Source of the DNA: Candidatus Nanopelagicaceae bacterium
Lineage (GTDB): Bacteria; Actinomycetota; Actinomycetes; Nanopelagicales; Nanopelagicaceae
Direction of reading: 5' to 3'
Assembly: GCA_009691185.1 (NCBI GenBank)
Contig: SHVD01000001.1
Coordinates: 1 to 49,511 of the forward strand
DNA length: 49,511 bases
This document shows positions 18,361-28,537 of this stretch, in pieces (positions within the stretch are counted from its first letter, which is position 1; each line of letters opens with the position of its first letter). Under the pieces are notes generated by a model. It did no database searches, was not told where the DNA came from, and saw only the letters and a program-made list of their open reading frames with translations. Position numbers and translations under genes: made by a program.

Positions 18361-19247
18361 AATAGCGCACTTGCCAATTGGCTTCTTGCTTTAACCAACC
18401 TAGGATCGGTGGGATCAACTAGATTAAATAAAGAGATCAGGTGTGCTTTCACCTTATCTCGATCATCACCGGAAAAGGATTTGACCGCTTTTATCAGCCG
18501 ATCAAAGGCGGCCTCATAATTTCCAGTTGCTATCTCAATATCAGCGCACATCATTTGGCTGGTCAGATCATCATCTTTGGCGTTTTTTAAAGTCAGTACT
18601 GGATCTAACCCATCAATTCTCAGCATCAAATTAACCTGTGCTAACCCAATTACCGCTACCTGCTCATTTGGTTTTCGCTTAAGCCAAGCCTCATATGAAA
18701 CTTTTGCTGCTTTGTAATCACCTTTCTCCATCCCCGCATAGGCAGCTGCTTCCTCTGGCTCCATTGGAATCTCAGTTGGCCCTTCAGGGGCGCTGCCAAC
18801 TCCTTTTTGGGATGCTAGTTCTAGTAACTTATTAATTACTAACCGCACCTGATCAGCTGGTGGAACAGATTCAAATAATGGCAGTAATTGCTCGCCAATA
18901 ATTGCGATGGCAACTGGCACTGATTTTATTTGTAACGCTTGGGCAACCTGTGGTTGGGCATCAATATCTACTACGCCAAGTAACCAAGCATTTTTATCTG
19001 CAATCTCAAGCTTTCCTAAGCTCTCTAAAATCTCCTTTGCCTGCGCACTCCTTGCCGACCAAGCGAGTAAAATAACTACAGACTCTTTGGATTTAGCAAC
19101 AAAATCAGATACTAAATTCTCTTGGGTAACTTGCTTGCCATGGGTTGGAGCAACTACATCCCCGGTTGGCTTTTTTAAAGTAGATAGATCAAAGGCATTT
19201 GCAAAGTTGGCACTTCCCATACCTGGAATTGGTTTATTTGTACTCAT
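18357..19247 (-). CDS. Thioredoxin-domain/TPR co-chaperone (YbbN/CnoX-like)
   Basis: Trx-like fold without CxxC; C-terminal ARSQLASALF. Confidence 0.85.
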   Translation of the reverse strand: MSTNKPIPGMGSANFANAFDLSTLKKPTGDVVAPTHGKQVTQENLVSDFVAKSKESVVILLAWSARSAQAKEILESLGKLEIADKNAWLLGVVDIDAQPQVAQALQIKSVPVAIAIIGEQLLPLFESVPPADQVRLVINKLLELASQKGVGSAPEGPTEIPMEPEEAAAYAGMEKGDYKAAKVSYEAWLKRKPNEQVAVIGLAQVNLMLRIDGLDPVLTLKNAKDDDLTSQMMCADIEIATGNYEAAFDRLIKAVKSFSGDDRDKVKAHLISLFNLVDPTDPRLVKARSQLASALF

Positions 19248-20473
19248 CGATTAATTACCACCCCTGAATCCATCCGATAAGGCAAAACCTTCTCAATATA
19301 ATCTGCAGTAGCAAAATCTAGCCCAACATCTTTTCCTAATTTTTCACCTAAGTACCAGCGGTTCTCTAATACCTCATGAAATAACTGTGCTGGCTCCACT
19401 CGGCCCTTTAAATTATCTGGCACTTGATTTACTACCCGCCTAAATACATCAGCGAGCCACTGCTTAACTACTACCGAATGTGAAGTGTGGGGGGCAAACT
19501 CTCTGGCTTTGTAACGATCATAGGAGGCAAGCAAACGCTTTGCCTGCAGCTCCTCTGTTTGTAATCCCATTAACCCATATAAACGATTGGCGTGATATCT
19601 GGCTGCAACTAACTTTGGTTGAAACCTAATTGATCCCTTATCCCCCGCGGTAGTTACCTCAACCTCCTCAACTGCAAAACCTAAATCCTGCAGTGATCTC
19701 ATTGCCCGCTCCACCGCCTGCCTATCTGATGCATCTAATATCTGTGGCTCTTTAAGCATCTTCCATAATCTTCGATACCTTTTTATTACACCATCTGATG
19801 CTCGCACCGGATCTATCTCCTTTGATAAGACCCCGGCAATAGCTAAATCCTCTAACTCTGCTGCCACATTAAAGTGCGTCAGCTCTAAATCATGCTCGCG
19901 CTGGCCATCACTTAAAGATTTATGAAACTCACCAGTTTCTGCGTCCACTAGATAGGCGGAAAAATCATTAGCATCTCTTCTAAATAAAGTATTTGATAAT
20001 GAGCAATCCCCCCACCAAAATCCAATCAAATGCATTCTCACCAAAAGTAAAGCGAGCGCGTTCGCCATATTTGAAATCTCAGTTGGTGTGACCGCACTGC
20101 TTAAGATCACTCGATAAGGCAGTGAGTAAGGTAGATATTTAGTAACTAAAGCAGCTGCTAACTCATTACCCTCTTTATCCAATCGCCCCTCAATTACCGC
20201 CACCGGCTCCACAACTGGTGCGGTGCGTTGATTTAGATCTCGAAGCAGGGTGTACTCCCGATTAGCAAACTCTGAAACTGTCTCCTTCACTGCAAAGATC
20301 TGGCTATTACTCCGTTTTTGATCTGATCGAATTAACCTGACTACATGCCGTGAAATACCACGCATTGAGGTGAGGACTTCATCCTCTGGCCAATTCTCTA
20401 GTGGTTGATCCCAAGGCAGATTTGCCAAGGTTGCAATCTCCTCACCTAATCCTTTGATTCGTAGCCCGCTCAT
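19244..20473 (-). CDS. DUF4032-domain kinase-like protein
   Basis: RGISRHVVR, WGDCSLSNTLFRRDA and LVDAETGE. Confidence 0.85.
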   Translation of the reverse strand: MSGLRIKGLGEEIATLANLPWDQPLENWPEDEVLTSMRGISRHVVRLIRSDQKRSNSQIFAVKETVSEFANREYTLLRDLNQRTAPVVEPVAVIEGRLDKEGNELAAALVTKYLPYSLPYRVILSSAVTPTEISNMANALALLLVRMHLIGFWWGDCSLSNTLFRRDANDFSAYLVDAETGEFHKSLSDGQREHDLELTHFNVAAELEDLAIAGVLSKEIDPVRASDGVIKRYRRLWKMLKEPQILDASDRQAVERAMRSLQDLGFAVEEVEVTTAGDKGSIRFQPKLVAARYHANRLYGLMGLQTEELQAKRLLASYDRYKAREFAPHTSHSVVVKQWLADVFRRVVNQVPDNLKGRVEPAQLFHEVLENRWYLGEKLGKDVGLDFATADYIEKVLPYRMDSGVVINR

Positions 20474-20551
20474 AGGCTTATTCTCTCTTATTTAACCTGC
20501 ACTCACTAATCAAATCCGCTTACTGATGGCAAAAGAGGTTAAAATTACTAA

Positions 20552-21694
20552 ATGGCTAGATTTAATAAACCAAAAATTAGTAGGAAATTAACTCCACTGC
20601 TTCGTCGTAAGGGTAGGAGCAATCTGGCGGAGGATTTTGGTGTTGCTGGCAAACCAGTTAACACTACCCACCCGTTTTACTTTGGTTTTATGGTCACAGT
20701 TGGTGCATTAATCGCATTAACCACACTTAGAGCATTAGCCTCAGCAAGTTCTGTATTTATCTTAATTATTATTTCAATATTCTTAGCAGCTGGTTTAAAT
20801 CCAGCAGTAATGTTTTTCCAAAATCGTGGCTTAAAGCGAGGGGCAGCGGTAGGTGCGGTTATGGCCTCAGTCTTGGCCTTTGTTGGCTTATTCATTGCCA
20901 TTGCAGCTCCGCCTTTAGTTGAACAAGGTAATCAACTACTTAATAACGCCCCACAATTAGTAAAAGATCTAAATAACAACGCCCTTATTAATGACTTGAA
21001 TATGAGATATGGAGTGATTACTTCCCTTGAAAGCAGAGTTGATTCAATTATTAAGGATGGCCAATTTGCGATCACCGCTTTTGGAGGCGTAATTGGGGTT
21101 GGAAAGGCTGTAGTAAGTGGCTTACTTTCAGCTTTTACCATCCTAGTTTTAACTCTTTACTTCCTAGCATCTCTGCCACAGGTAATAAAGATCAGCTTGC
21201 GATTTGTACCAGCAACTAGGCGCGATCGGGTATCAAAGCTAACCAATGCAATTATTAGCAGAGTTGGATCATTTGTTGGCGGCCAAGCAATCATCGCTGC
21301 CTTGGCTGCAGCCTTTATTTTGCTGATGGGCTTAACAATTGGCATGCCATACCCAGGACCTCTTGCCATGGTGGTCTTAGTTTGCGGCTTTATTCCGCTT
21401 ATTGGCCATTTTATTGGGATGACAGTTGTGACCCTAGTTAGCCTTACCGATTCATTAAGCACAGCAGTTATTGCACTAGTTGCTTACATAATCTACGTTC
21501 AAATTGAAAATTATGTAATCACACCAAGAATCATGCGTAAGTCTCTAGCGATTCCAGGACTGGTAACAATTATTGCAGCACTTCTTGGAGCATCCCTGCT
21601 CGGATTAGTTGGTGGGCTAATTGCGGTGCCAATTGCAGCCGCAATTCTTCTTATATTAGATGAGGTAGTTTTTCCAAGAGCTGATCAATCTTAA
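20552..21694 (+). CDS. AI-2E family transporter
   Basis: FIPLIG, QIENYVITPRIM and AVPIAA motifs. Confidence 0.88.
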   Translation: MARFNKPKISRKLTPLLRRKGRSNLAEDFGVAGKPVNTTHPFYFGFMVTVGALIALTTLRALASASSVFILIIISIFLAAGLNPAVMFFQNRGLKRGAAVGAVMASVLAFVGLFIAIAAPPLVEQGNQLLNNAPQLVKDLNNNALINDLNMRYGVITSLESRVDSIIKDGQFAITAFGGVIGVGKAVVSGLLSAFTILVLTLYFLASLPQVIKISLRFVPATRRDRVSKLTNAIISRVGSFVGGQAIIAALAAAFILLMGLTIGMPYPGPLAMVVLVCGFIPLIGHFIGMTVVTLVSLTDSLSTAVIALVAYIIYVQIENYVITPRIMRKSLAIPGLVTIIAALLGASLLGLVGGLIAVPIAAAILLILDEVVFPRADQS

Positions 21695-22401
21695 ACTTCA
21701 GTTGGTAGTGGCAATCTACTTGGTGCAATCACTTTAACAATCTCACTTAATACCAGGTGAACCATTGGTTCACCTACCAATAGATGCTTACCTCCTGCCA
21801 CATCAATCTGCCTTAAATTCTTAACTTTAGAAAACTTATCTCTTGCCGCCGCTGGCTTTAAGTAATCATCTAACTCTGGAATTAGCGCAGTAATTGTGCG
21901 TCCATCTTTTATCCAAAACTCTAAATCTTCATCTGTGGTAGATAACATCGGCGGGCTGAGCAGTATTAACTCTTTAATCCTTTTATCTCTGGCATATTGC
22001 AATGCCAGCTCTGTACCAAAGGACCAGCCAATTACATATAAATCTTTTATCTTTAATTGCTCAAAACAGTAATCAAGGGCTGCTAGAACATCTAACTTTT
22101 CAGATTTACCGCCGTCATACTCTCCCTCACTACTTCCAGCCTCACTTGCAGTTCCCCGAGTGTTAAATCTAATTATTTCAATGCCAGCAAGAGCGGGTAA
22201 TCGATTGGCAGCTTTCTTATATATATGTGAGTCCATCATTCCCCCACCTGATGGGTTGGGATGAAGCATTAGTAATGAGCCAGTTATTTCACCTAATGGG
22301 GTGGCAACCTCACCAATCAAATTTAGCCCATCACCAGTTTTAATCGTGATTTGTGTGCGCTGAGCGGGTAAAACAGTTGAAGGTCGGATTAACTCTGCCA
22401 T
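21691..22401 (-). CDS. Alpha/beta hydrolase
   Basis: HPNPSGGGMMD and GWSFG nucleophile elbow. Confidence 0.88.
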   Translation of the reverse strand: MAELIRPSTVLPAQRTQITIKTGDGLNLIGEVATPLGEITGSLLMLHPNPSGGGMMDSHIYKKAANRLPALAGIEIIRFNTRGTASEAGSSEGEYDGGKSEKLDVLAALDYCFEQLKIKDLYVIGWSFGTELALQYARDKRIKELILLSPPMLSTTDEDLEFWIKDGRTITALIPELDDYLKPAAARDKFSKVKNLRQIDVAGGKHLLVGEPMVHLVLSEIVKVIAPSRLPLPTEV

Positions 22402-22423
22402 AAAAAGAGTTTACTCTTACCTT

Positions 22424-23887
22424 ATGAACCTAGAAGCCACCTTTGAAAAGTGTGATCCAAAAACTGGTGAGGTAATTGCTAATTATAAAAACTTCACAGC
22501 GGATGAGGTATTTGCCCAAGTAAATCTTGCTCAAGCTGCAACTCTTCGCTGGCAGGAGTTTGGCGCTATCGCCCGAAAGCGCACCTTACTTAAATGGGCA
22601 TCTTATATAACCAAAAATCAAAAAGAGATCACTCAGTTAGTAGCAACTGAGTGTGGCAAACCATTAAGTGATGCCGCCTTAGAGGTTTCTATTGCAATTG
22701 ATCACCTTGCCTGGGCGGCAAAGCATGCCAAAGAGATTATGCAAAAACAAAATCGGCCAGCTGGTTTATTGATGTTTAATATGAAGGCGCAGGTGCAAAG
22801 ATCCCCACTTGGTGTTGTTGGCGTGATTGGTCCGTGGAATTATCCGATCTTTACTCCAATGGGCTCAATTGCTTATGCATTAGCTGCTGGAAATGCAGTT
22901 GTTTTCAAACCATCTGAGTTCACACCTGGTGTTGGTAAGTGGCTGGCAGATTCTTTTGCACTCATTGCACCATTTGAAGATATTTTCGCAACTGTGACTG
23001 GCTTGCCAGATACGGGCCGAGCATTAACTCAATCAAAGATTAATAAGCTCTCATTTACCGGCTCAACTAAAACTGCTAAAAAGGTTGCCGAAAGTTGCGC
23101 GCAATCAATGATTCCAGTCGTGCTGGAGTGTGGTGGTAAGGATCCTGTAATTGTGGCAGCAGATGCTGATATAAAACTTGCTGCTGAGTACACACTTTGG
23201 TCTGCCATGGCTAATGCTGGTCAATCTTGTATTGGGGCAGAAAGAGTTTATGTGGTGGAGTCAGTTGCTGATCAATTTATTGAAGAGATAAGTAAGATGG
23301 CAAAAAAGATTGAGGTTGGCAAAGATTATGGCCCGGCAACAATGCCATCACAGTTGCAGGTAATTCAATCCCACTTAGAAGATGCCAAGGCAAAGGGAGC
23401 TAAGTTTTTATTAGGGGGCGCCGATTCAGTGAAAGGTGCCTATGTTGAACCGGTAATTATGTTGGATGTGCCAGAGGATTCAACAGCGATGACGCAGGAG
23501 ACCTTTGGGCCAACCATTGCTATAAATAAGGTAACTAATACTGATGAAGCAATTAAGTTATCAAATGCCAGCTCTTATGGATTAGCTGCAGCGGTTTTTT
23601 CCAAGCGAGGTGGTGAAAAAATTGCTTCAAAGTTAGCTTGTGGCATGGTCTCCATAAATTCCGTTTTTTTATTTGCAGCAGTTGCATCTGTGCCATTTGG
23701 TGGAGTTAAAGATTCTGGCTATGGCCGTATTCATGGCGCTGAAGGTTTACTTGAGTACACCTACGCACGCACAGTAGTTAAAACTAGATTTATTATTCCA
23801 CTTAGATTTACTACCTTCAAGCGCACAAGAGTTTCAGAAAAAATCTTAACAACCTTGATTAAGCGCTTACACGGAAGAAAGAAGTAG
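22424..23887 (+). CDS. Aldehyde dehydrogenase
   Basis: PWNYP, FTGS, LECGGKD, NAGQSC and ETFGP. Confidence 0.92.
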   Translation: MNLEATFEKCDPKTGEVIANYKNFTADEVFAQVNLAQAATLRWQEFGAIARKRTLLKWASYITKNQKEITQLVATECGKPLSDAALEVSIAIDHLAWAAKHAKEIMQKQNRPAGLLMFNMKAQVQRSPLGVVGVIGPWNYPIFTPMGSIAYALAAGNAVVFKPSEFTPGVGKWLADSFALIAPFEDIFATVTGLPDTGRALTQSKINKLSFTGSTKTAKKVAESCAQSMIPVVLECGGKDPVIVAADADIKLAAEYTLWSAMANAGQSCIGAERVYVVESVADQFIEEISKMAKKIEVGKDYGPATMPSQLQVIQSHLEDAKAKGAKFLLGGADSVKGAYVEPVIMLDVPEDSTAMTQETFGPTIAINKVTNTDEAIKLSNASSYGLAAAVFSKRGGEKIASKLACGMVSINSVFLFAAVASVPFGGVKDSGYGRIHGAEGLLEYTYARTVVKTRFIIPLRFTTFKRTRVSEKILTTLIKRLHGRKK

Positions 23888-23889
23888 TA

Positions 23890-25038
23890 CTACAAACTCT
23901 TTGCAATCCGATCAATACCTTCAGTAATTAACTCTGGGCTTGTGCCAAAGTTAAGTCGGACAAAACTCTTATGTTTTGGTCCATATAAAACTCCACCATT
24001 TAATGCAACCTTTCCTTTTTCTAATATCCGAGCTGCTGGATCATCTCCTAAGCCAAGAGCGCTCATATCAAGCCAGGCTAGGTAGCCAAAATCTGGAATT
24101 CGATACTTAACTGCTGGTAATTTACTTTGAAGTAAATTGTTAAGTAGTTTCCTATTCTCATCCAAAGTAATCAGCAAACCATCTAACCAATTAACCGACT
24201 CTGCATAAGCTGCAGTTGATGCAACTGCGCCAAATAAGGATGCTCGCCAAGTTACTGCCAGTGGCATTTTGTTAATTCGCTCCTGCAGCGCACTTGATTG
24301 GGTAATAATTAATGCACACTTTAGTCCGGCCAAATTAAATGGCTTGCTAGCGCTGGTAATAATAATTCCAACCTCTTTCGCAACATCACTTACCGCTAAA
24401 AAGGGTATGAAAGTTTTTGCATCATAGGAGAGTGGGGCGTGGATCTCATCACTTAAAATCACTACTTGATAACGCTTTGCTAACTCAGCCAATGCGGTTA
24501 ATTGTTTCTTATCAAAGATAACTCCAACTGGATTGTGGGGGTGGCATAAAATATGAACTTTAACCCCACCCTTGTACTCTTTTTCAATCGCTGCTAAATC
24601 TAATTTGTAATTTAAATCTTCCTTAATAAGTGGAGTATCAACTGTGGTGGCATTAACCTCTAAAATCCAGCGCCAGATATTTTCATAAACTGGTGAGTTA
24701 AGCATTACCTTCTCGCCCGGCTTAATTAAGGTGCGCATGATCTCCACAATGCCAACGCCAACATCAGTTGCTATTCGCATTTGTTTGGTATCAACCTGCC
24801 AACCCCAACGAGATTGGGAGAATTTGGCAAAGGCATCAAATAACTCTGGGAATGGTCCGAGGTATCCTGTATCAGATCGCTCGACCATATCTAGTAAGGC
24901 AGCTTTTATAGCAGGAGCGGATGCAAAATCCATCTCAGCAACGGGTAGTGGCAGCACATCATTTGGAAATTGTCGCCACTTAACACTTTTACGTTTACGT
25001 AATTGATCAAGTGATAACGCTCGGACGGCATCGACCAT
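23890..25038 (-). CDS. MalY/PatB-family PLP-dependent C-S lyase (cystathionine beta-lyase)
   Basis: SVKW, VAEMDF, SDEIH and SASKPFNLAGL; start at MVDAV. Confidence 0.88.
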   Translation of the reverse strand: MVDAVRALSLDQLRKRKSVKWRQFPNDVLPLPVAEMDFASAPAIKAALLDMVERSDTGYLGPFPELFDAFAKFSQSRWGWQVDTKQMRIATDVGVGIVEIMRTLIKPGEKVMLNSPVYENIWRWILEVNATTVDTPLIKEDLNYKLDLAAIEKEYKGGVKVHILCHPHNPVGVIFDKKQLTALAELAKRYQVVILSDEIHAPLSYDAKTFIPFLAVSDVAKEVGIIITSASKPFNLAGLKCALIITQSSALQERINKMPLAVTWRASLFGAVASTAAYAESVNWLDGLLITLDENRKLLNNLLQSKLPAVKYRIPDFGYLAWLDMSALGLGDDPAARILEKGKVALNGGVLYGPKHKSFVRLNFGTSPELITEGIDRIAKSL

Positions 25039-25069
25039 AAGTGCAAGTATGCCACTTATTTTAAAAGAA

Positions 25070-25846
25070 TTAGTAGGTTGCTCGCCCGCCTGAAATATCA
25101 AAAGTAAAGCCAGTTGTAAATGAACAAGCCTTTGATCCCATAAATGCAATTATTTCTGCAACCTCACTTGGCTCACCCAATCGCCCAGCTGGAATCTTTG
25201 AAATCATATAATCCAATGTTTCTTTTGCAGTGTTTTTATTAATCGGAGTTGCAATTACCGCAGGGGCTAGGGAATTAATCGTGATGCCATCAACTGCCAC
25301 CTCTTTCGCAACACCTTTTACAAAACCAATTAAGCCAGCCTTTGCCGTGTTGTAGGGAGCCATCTTTGGATTGCCCTCTTTACCAGCGATCGATGCTACC
25401 TGGACAATCCGGCCATACTTTTGCTTTTTCATAATTGGCAACACTGCTTGGGTTAACCAGATTGCGCCAAATAAATTAACCTCAATTACTTTTTGATAAT
25501 CATTCCAAGTGATATCCTCGACAAATTTTCCGGTAGGTCCAGGATAACCTGCGCAATTTACTAACGCATCAATTCGTTTATGTTTATTGCCTAGAGTTGT
25601 AATTATCTCCATTACATTTTTTTGATTTGATATATCTAAAACTACAGATTCGGCAGCGGCGCCTGCTTTTGTAATCTGATCTACACACTCATCAATACCT
25701 GCTTGATTTAAATCAATACAGATTACCTTCGCCCCACGGGATGCAATTAATTGGGCGGCTGATCTACCGATTCCACTACCTGCGCCGGTGACAATTGCCA
25801 CCTGACCTGCGTAGGAGATCTCTTGGAAAGCGCTGTTGTTACTCAT
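25070..25846 (-). CDS. SDR-family oxidoreductase
   Basis: TGAGSGIG, YNTAK and FDISGGRATY. Confidence 0.9.
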   Translation of the reverse strand: MSNNSAFQEISYAGQVAIVTGAGSGIGRSAAQLIASRGAKVICIDLNQAGIDECVDQITKAGAAAESVVLDISNQKNVMEIITTLGNKHKRIDALVNCAGYPGPTGKFVEDITWNDYQKVIEVNLFGAIWLTQAVLPIMKKQKYGRIVQVASIAGKEGNPKMAPYNTAKAGLIGFVKGVAKEVAVDGITINSLAPAVIATPINKNTAKETLDYMISKIPAGRLGEPSEVAEIIAFMGSKACSFTTGFTFDISGGRATY

Positions 25847-25906
25847 TATTATCCGATTATACTTGGCTCATCCTTAAACTTAAAAAGTGATTTGAAATGG
25901 AGCATC

Positions 25907-26830
25907 ATGGCATCTTGGCCAAGCACGCGTGATCCCAAGGGCCCGATGAAGCGCTCAATTGGAATATTAAATAAGCAAAAAATTCAATCTCAAGATGCAG
26001 ATGGACTGCCTGAATCTAGCAAGAGATTTACCGATGGTAGCCGTTATAAAATTGAGATTCCGTCGGTGGAAGGCCCAGCTGCTTTTAAGACTGTTATTGA
26101 TGAGGCAAAAAAACATAAGCTAATAATTCATCGCATCTCCCAAGGCTCTGGAATCATGATGCAAACAGATGATGAGATTAAACAGATGGTTGCGCTAGGC
26201 AAAAAAGAGAAGATTGAGGTTTGCTTATTTGTCGGGCCTAGAGCCTCGTGGGATATTGGAAAACAAGTTTCGGCAACTGCTGGAGTGATCGCATCCCCAA
26301 CTCTTCGAGGAGGTGATCAGCTTCGATTTGCATTAGAGGATGTGATAAATGGTGTAAATCTTGGGCTTCGAAGTGTATTGGTTGGCGATCTTGGCTTACT
26401 CAAGGTTTTAGGGCAAGCTAAAATCAAAGGTGATTTGCCTAAGGAATTAATTCTTAAAACCTCAGTCGCATTGGTTTGTAATAATCCAGCAACGGCAGCA
26501 ATCCTTGAAGATCTTGGCGCCTCCACTCTAAATTTGGCGACAGACTTGTCTTTGCAACAAATTGCGGCCATTAGATCACAAGTTGACTTACCAGTTGATA
26601 TTTATGTTGAGGGACCAGATGATTTTGGTGGTGCGGTAAGACATTATGAAAGCCCTGACCTGGTAAGAGTTGCTGCTCCTATTTATTTAAAGTTCACTTT
26701 GCGAAACTCACCTGGTTTATATCCCTCTGGTGCTCACATTCAAGGATTAGTGGAGTCAACTGCTAGAGAGCGTGTGCGCCGGGCTGCAATTAGCAAAGCG
26801 ATTTTGGATAGGTATGGATTTAAGAAATAA
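25907..26830 (+). CDS. Uncharacterised TIM-barrel-like protein (U32 peptidase-like family)
   Basis: KRFTDG..Y.IEIPSVEGP and HRISQGSG motifs; start 25907 or 25946. Confidence 0.6.
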   Translation: MASWPSTRDPKGPMKRSIGILNKQKIQSQDADGLPESSKRFTDGSRYKIEIPSVEGPAAFKTVIDEAKKHKLIIHRISQGSGIMMQTDDEIKQMVALGKKEKIEVCLFVGPRASWDIGKQVSATAGVIASPTLRGGDQLRFALEDVINGVNLGLRSVLVGDLGLLKVLGQAKIKGDLPKELILKTSVALVCNNPATAAILEDLGASTLNLATDLSLQQIAAIRSQVDLPVDIYVEGPDDFGGAVRHYESPDLVRVAAPIYLKFTLRNSPGLYPSGAHIQGLVESTARERVRRAAISKAILDRYGFKK

Positions 26831-26831
26831 A

Positions 26832-27536
26832 ATGACAAATCCCACTTCGCTTAAGCTTTTAATCTTTGGGGGCACAGGTGTGTTGGGCCAGGCAATCGCA
26901 GCAAAGTTTAAATCTCATGGCTATGAAGTTACCTATGGTGTTCGAAAAGTAAGTAATCCTAAGGATCAGTTTCTGCTCCCAATTACTGACACACCAGTTC
27001 CAGATTTACTAAAAGGTCAATTATTTGATGCAATAATCTTCGCTCAGGGCGCTAATATCAATGATTCAGTAATAAATAATTCATTAGATAACCTAAACAA
27101 ACTATTTGAAGCAAATGTTAGTTTCATTACCGAGACCACGAAGTCACTTATCTTGCTTAACTTAATTAAACACAAGGCAAAGATGGTTGTCCTGAGCTCT
27201 TTTTGGGAGCAAGTGACTCGCCAAGAGAAGATGTCTTACACAATCACTAAGGCTGCAGTTGGTGGCTTGGTGAGATCAATGGCGGTTGATTTAGGGAATG
27301 CAAAAGGAGTATTAGTTAATGGGTTGCTGCCTGGAGTAGTTGATTCACCAATGGCACGAGGATTACTTAAGCCTGAGCAGATTGAAAATGTTGAATGGCA
27401 AACTCCTGGGCATAAAATGGTGGTGCCAAGTGATGTCGCAAATGCTGCATATCTGCTGGGTTGTGAAGATAACACTGCAATCTCGGGCCAATCTTTATTT
27501 GTTGATTACGGCTTCGCAATCGCCAGAGTACTTTAG
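26832..27536 (+). CDS. SDR-family oxidoreductase
   Basis: GGTGVLG, YTITK and ISGQSLFVDYG. Confidence 0.85.
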   Translation: MTNPTSLKLLIFGGTGVLGQAIAAKFKSHGYEVTYGVRKVSNPKDQFLLPITDTPVPDLLKGQLFDAIIFAQGANINDSVINNSLDNLNKLFEANVSFITETTKSLILLNLIKHKAKMVVLSSFWEQVTRQEKMSYTITKAAVGGLVRSMAVDLGNAKGVLVNGLLPGVVDSPMARGLLKPEQIENVEWQTPGHKMVVPSDVANAAYLLGCEDNTAISGQSLFVDYGFAIARVL

Positions 27537-27547
27537 GAAGATAATTT

Positions 27548-28537
27548 GTGAGTGTTGAACTCCTTAACAAAGATACTGTTGTTAAGTATCTGACTGATAA
27601 AAAAGTTATCTCTACCAGTGATAAAGCTGAGGTTGAGGTATTAACTGGTGGTGTATCAAATGTGGTACTAGCCATTACAACTGCAAACCAAAAACTAGTT
27701 TTAAAACAAGCATTAGCTGAGCTTGCTGTGACCGAAAAATGGCTTGCCGATCAGCGCCGGGCAATTGTAGAAGCAGATGCCATCAAATTATTTAATCAAT
27801 TAAGCCCGGACCAGGTACCAAAATTAATATTCTTAGATCCAGAGCGTTTTATTTTGGTGCTAGAGCGTGTGCCGGTTGGTAGCACAGTTTGGAAATCGGA
27901 CTTACTTGCTGGGGTTATTAACCCAGATGTAGGTGCTAGTTTAGGAAAGACTCTTGCCACCTGGCATAACTACGGTGAAGTTACCGCTTCAGCAAAGATT
28001 AAATTTATGGAAGATAAACTGTTTGAACAGCTTCGGATAGATCCCTTCTACCGATTTGTTGCTGCCAAAAACCCTCAAATTGAGGTGGCAATTAGAAAAC
28101 TTATTAATGAATTAGAGGGTGATAAAACGACGATTGTGCATGGCGATTTTTCACCAAAGAATATTATGGTTTCGATGCATGATCAGATTTATATTTTAGA
28201 TTTTGAAATCACGCACGTTGGCAATCCAGTCTTTGATCTAGCTTTTTTAATCGCGCATTTGCTCTGTAAATTTTTTAGAACTGAAGATCGCCTACACGCC
28301 AAGCTTCTAAGTACTACTGCAAATATCTTTACAACAGAGTATGCCAGGTTGAGGTCGATCTCACCCTCAGTGGCAAAACATACTGCGCTCATCGCCCTTG
28401 CTAGAGTTGAGGGTAAATCACCAGTAAATTACCTTGATCAAGTGCAACAAAAGAAATTGCAAAGCTTCACCAAAGCTGTTTTAGCAGATAGTTCAAAATT
28501 ATCAGTTGCAAATTTATTTGAGATGAGTGCTAAGTGA
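27548..28537 (+). CDS. APH/choline kinase-family phosphotransferase (methylthioribose kinase-like)
   Basis: GGVSN, VLKQAL, HGDFSPKN and LDFE. Confidence 0.85.
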   Translation: MSVELLNKDTVVKYLTDKKVISTSDKAEVEVLTGGVSNVVLAITTANQKLVLKQALAELAVTEKWLADQRRAIVEADAIKLFNQLSPDQVPKLIFLDPERFILVLERVPVGSTVWKSDLLAGVINPDVGASLGKTLATWHNYGEVTASAKIKFMEDKLFEQLRIDPFYRFVAAKNPQIEVAIRKLINELEGDKTTIVHGDFSPKNIMVSMHDQIYILDFEITHVGNPVFDLAFLIAHLLCKFFRTEDRLHAKLLSTTANIFTTEYARLRSISPSVAKHTALIALARVEGKSPVNYLDQVQQKKLQSFTKAVLADSSKLSVANLFEMSAK

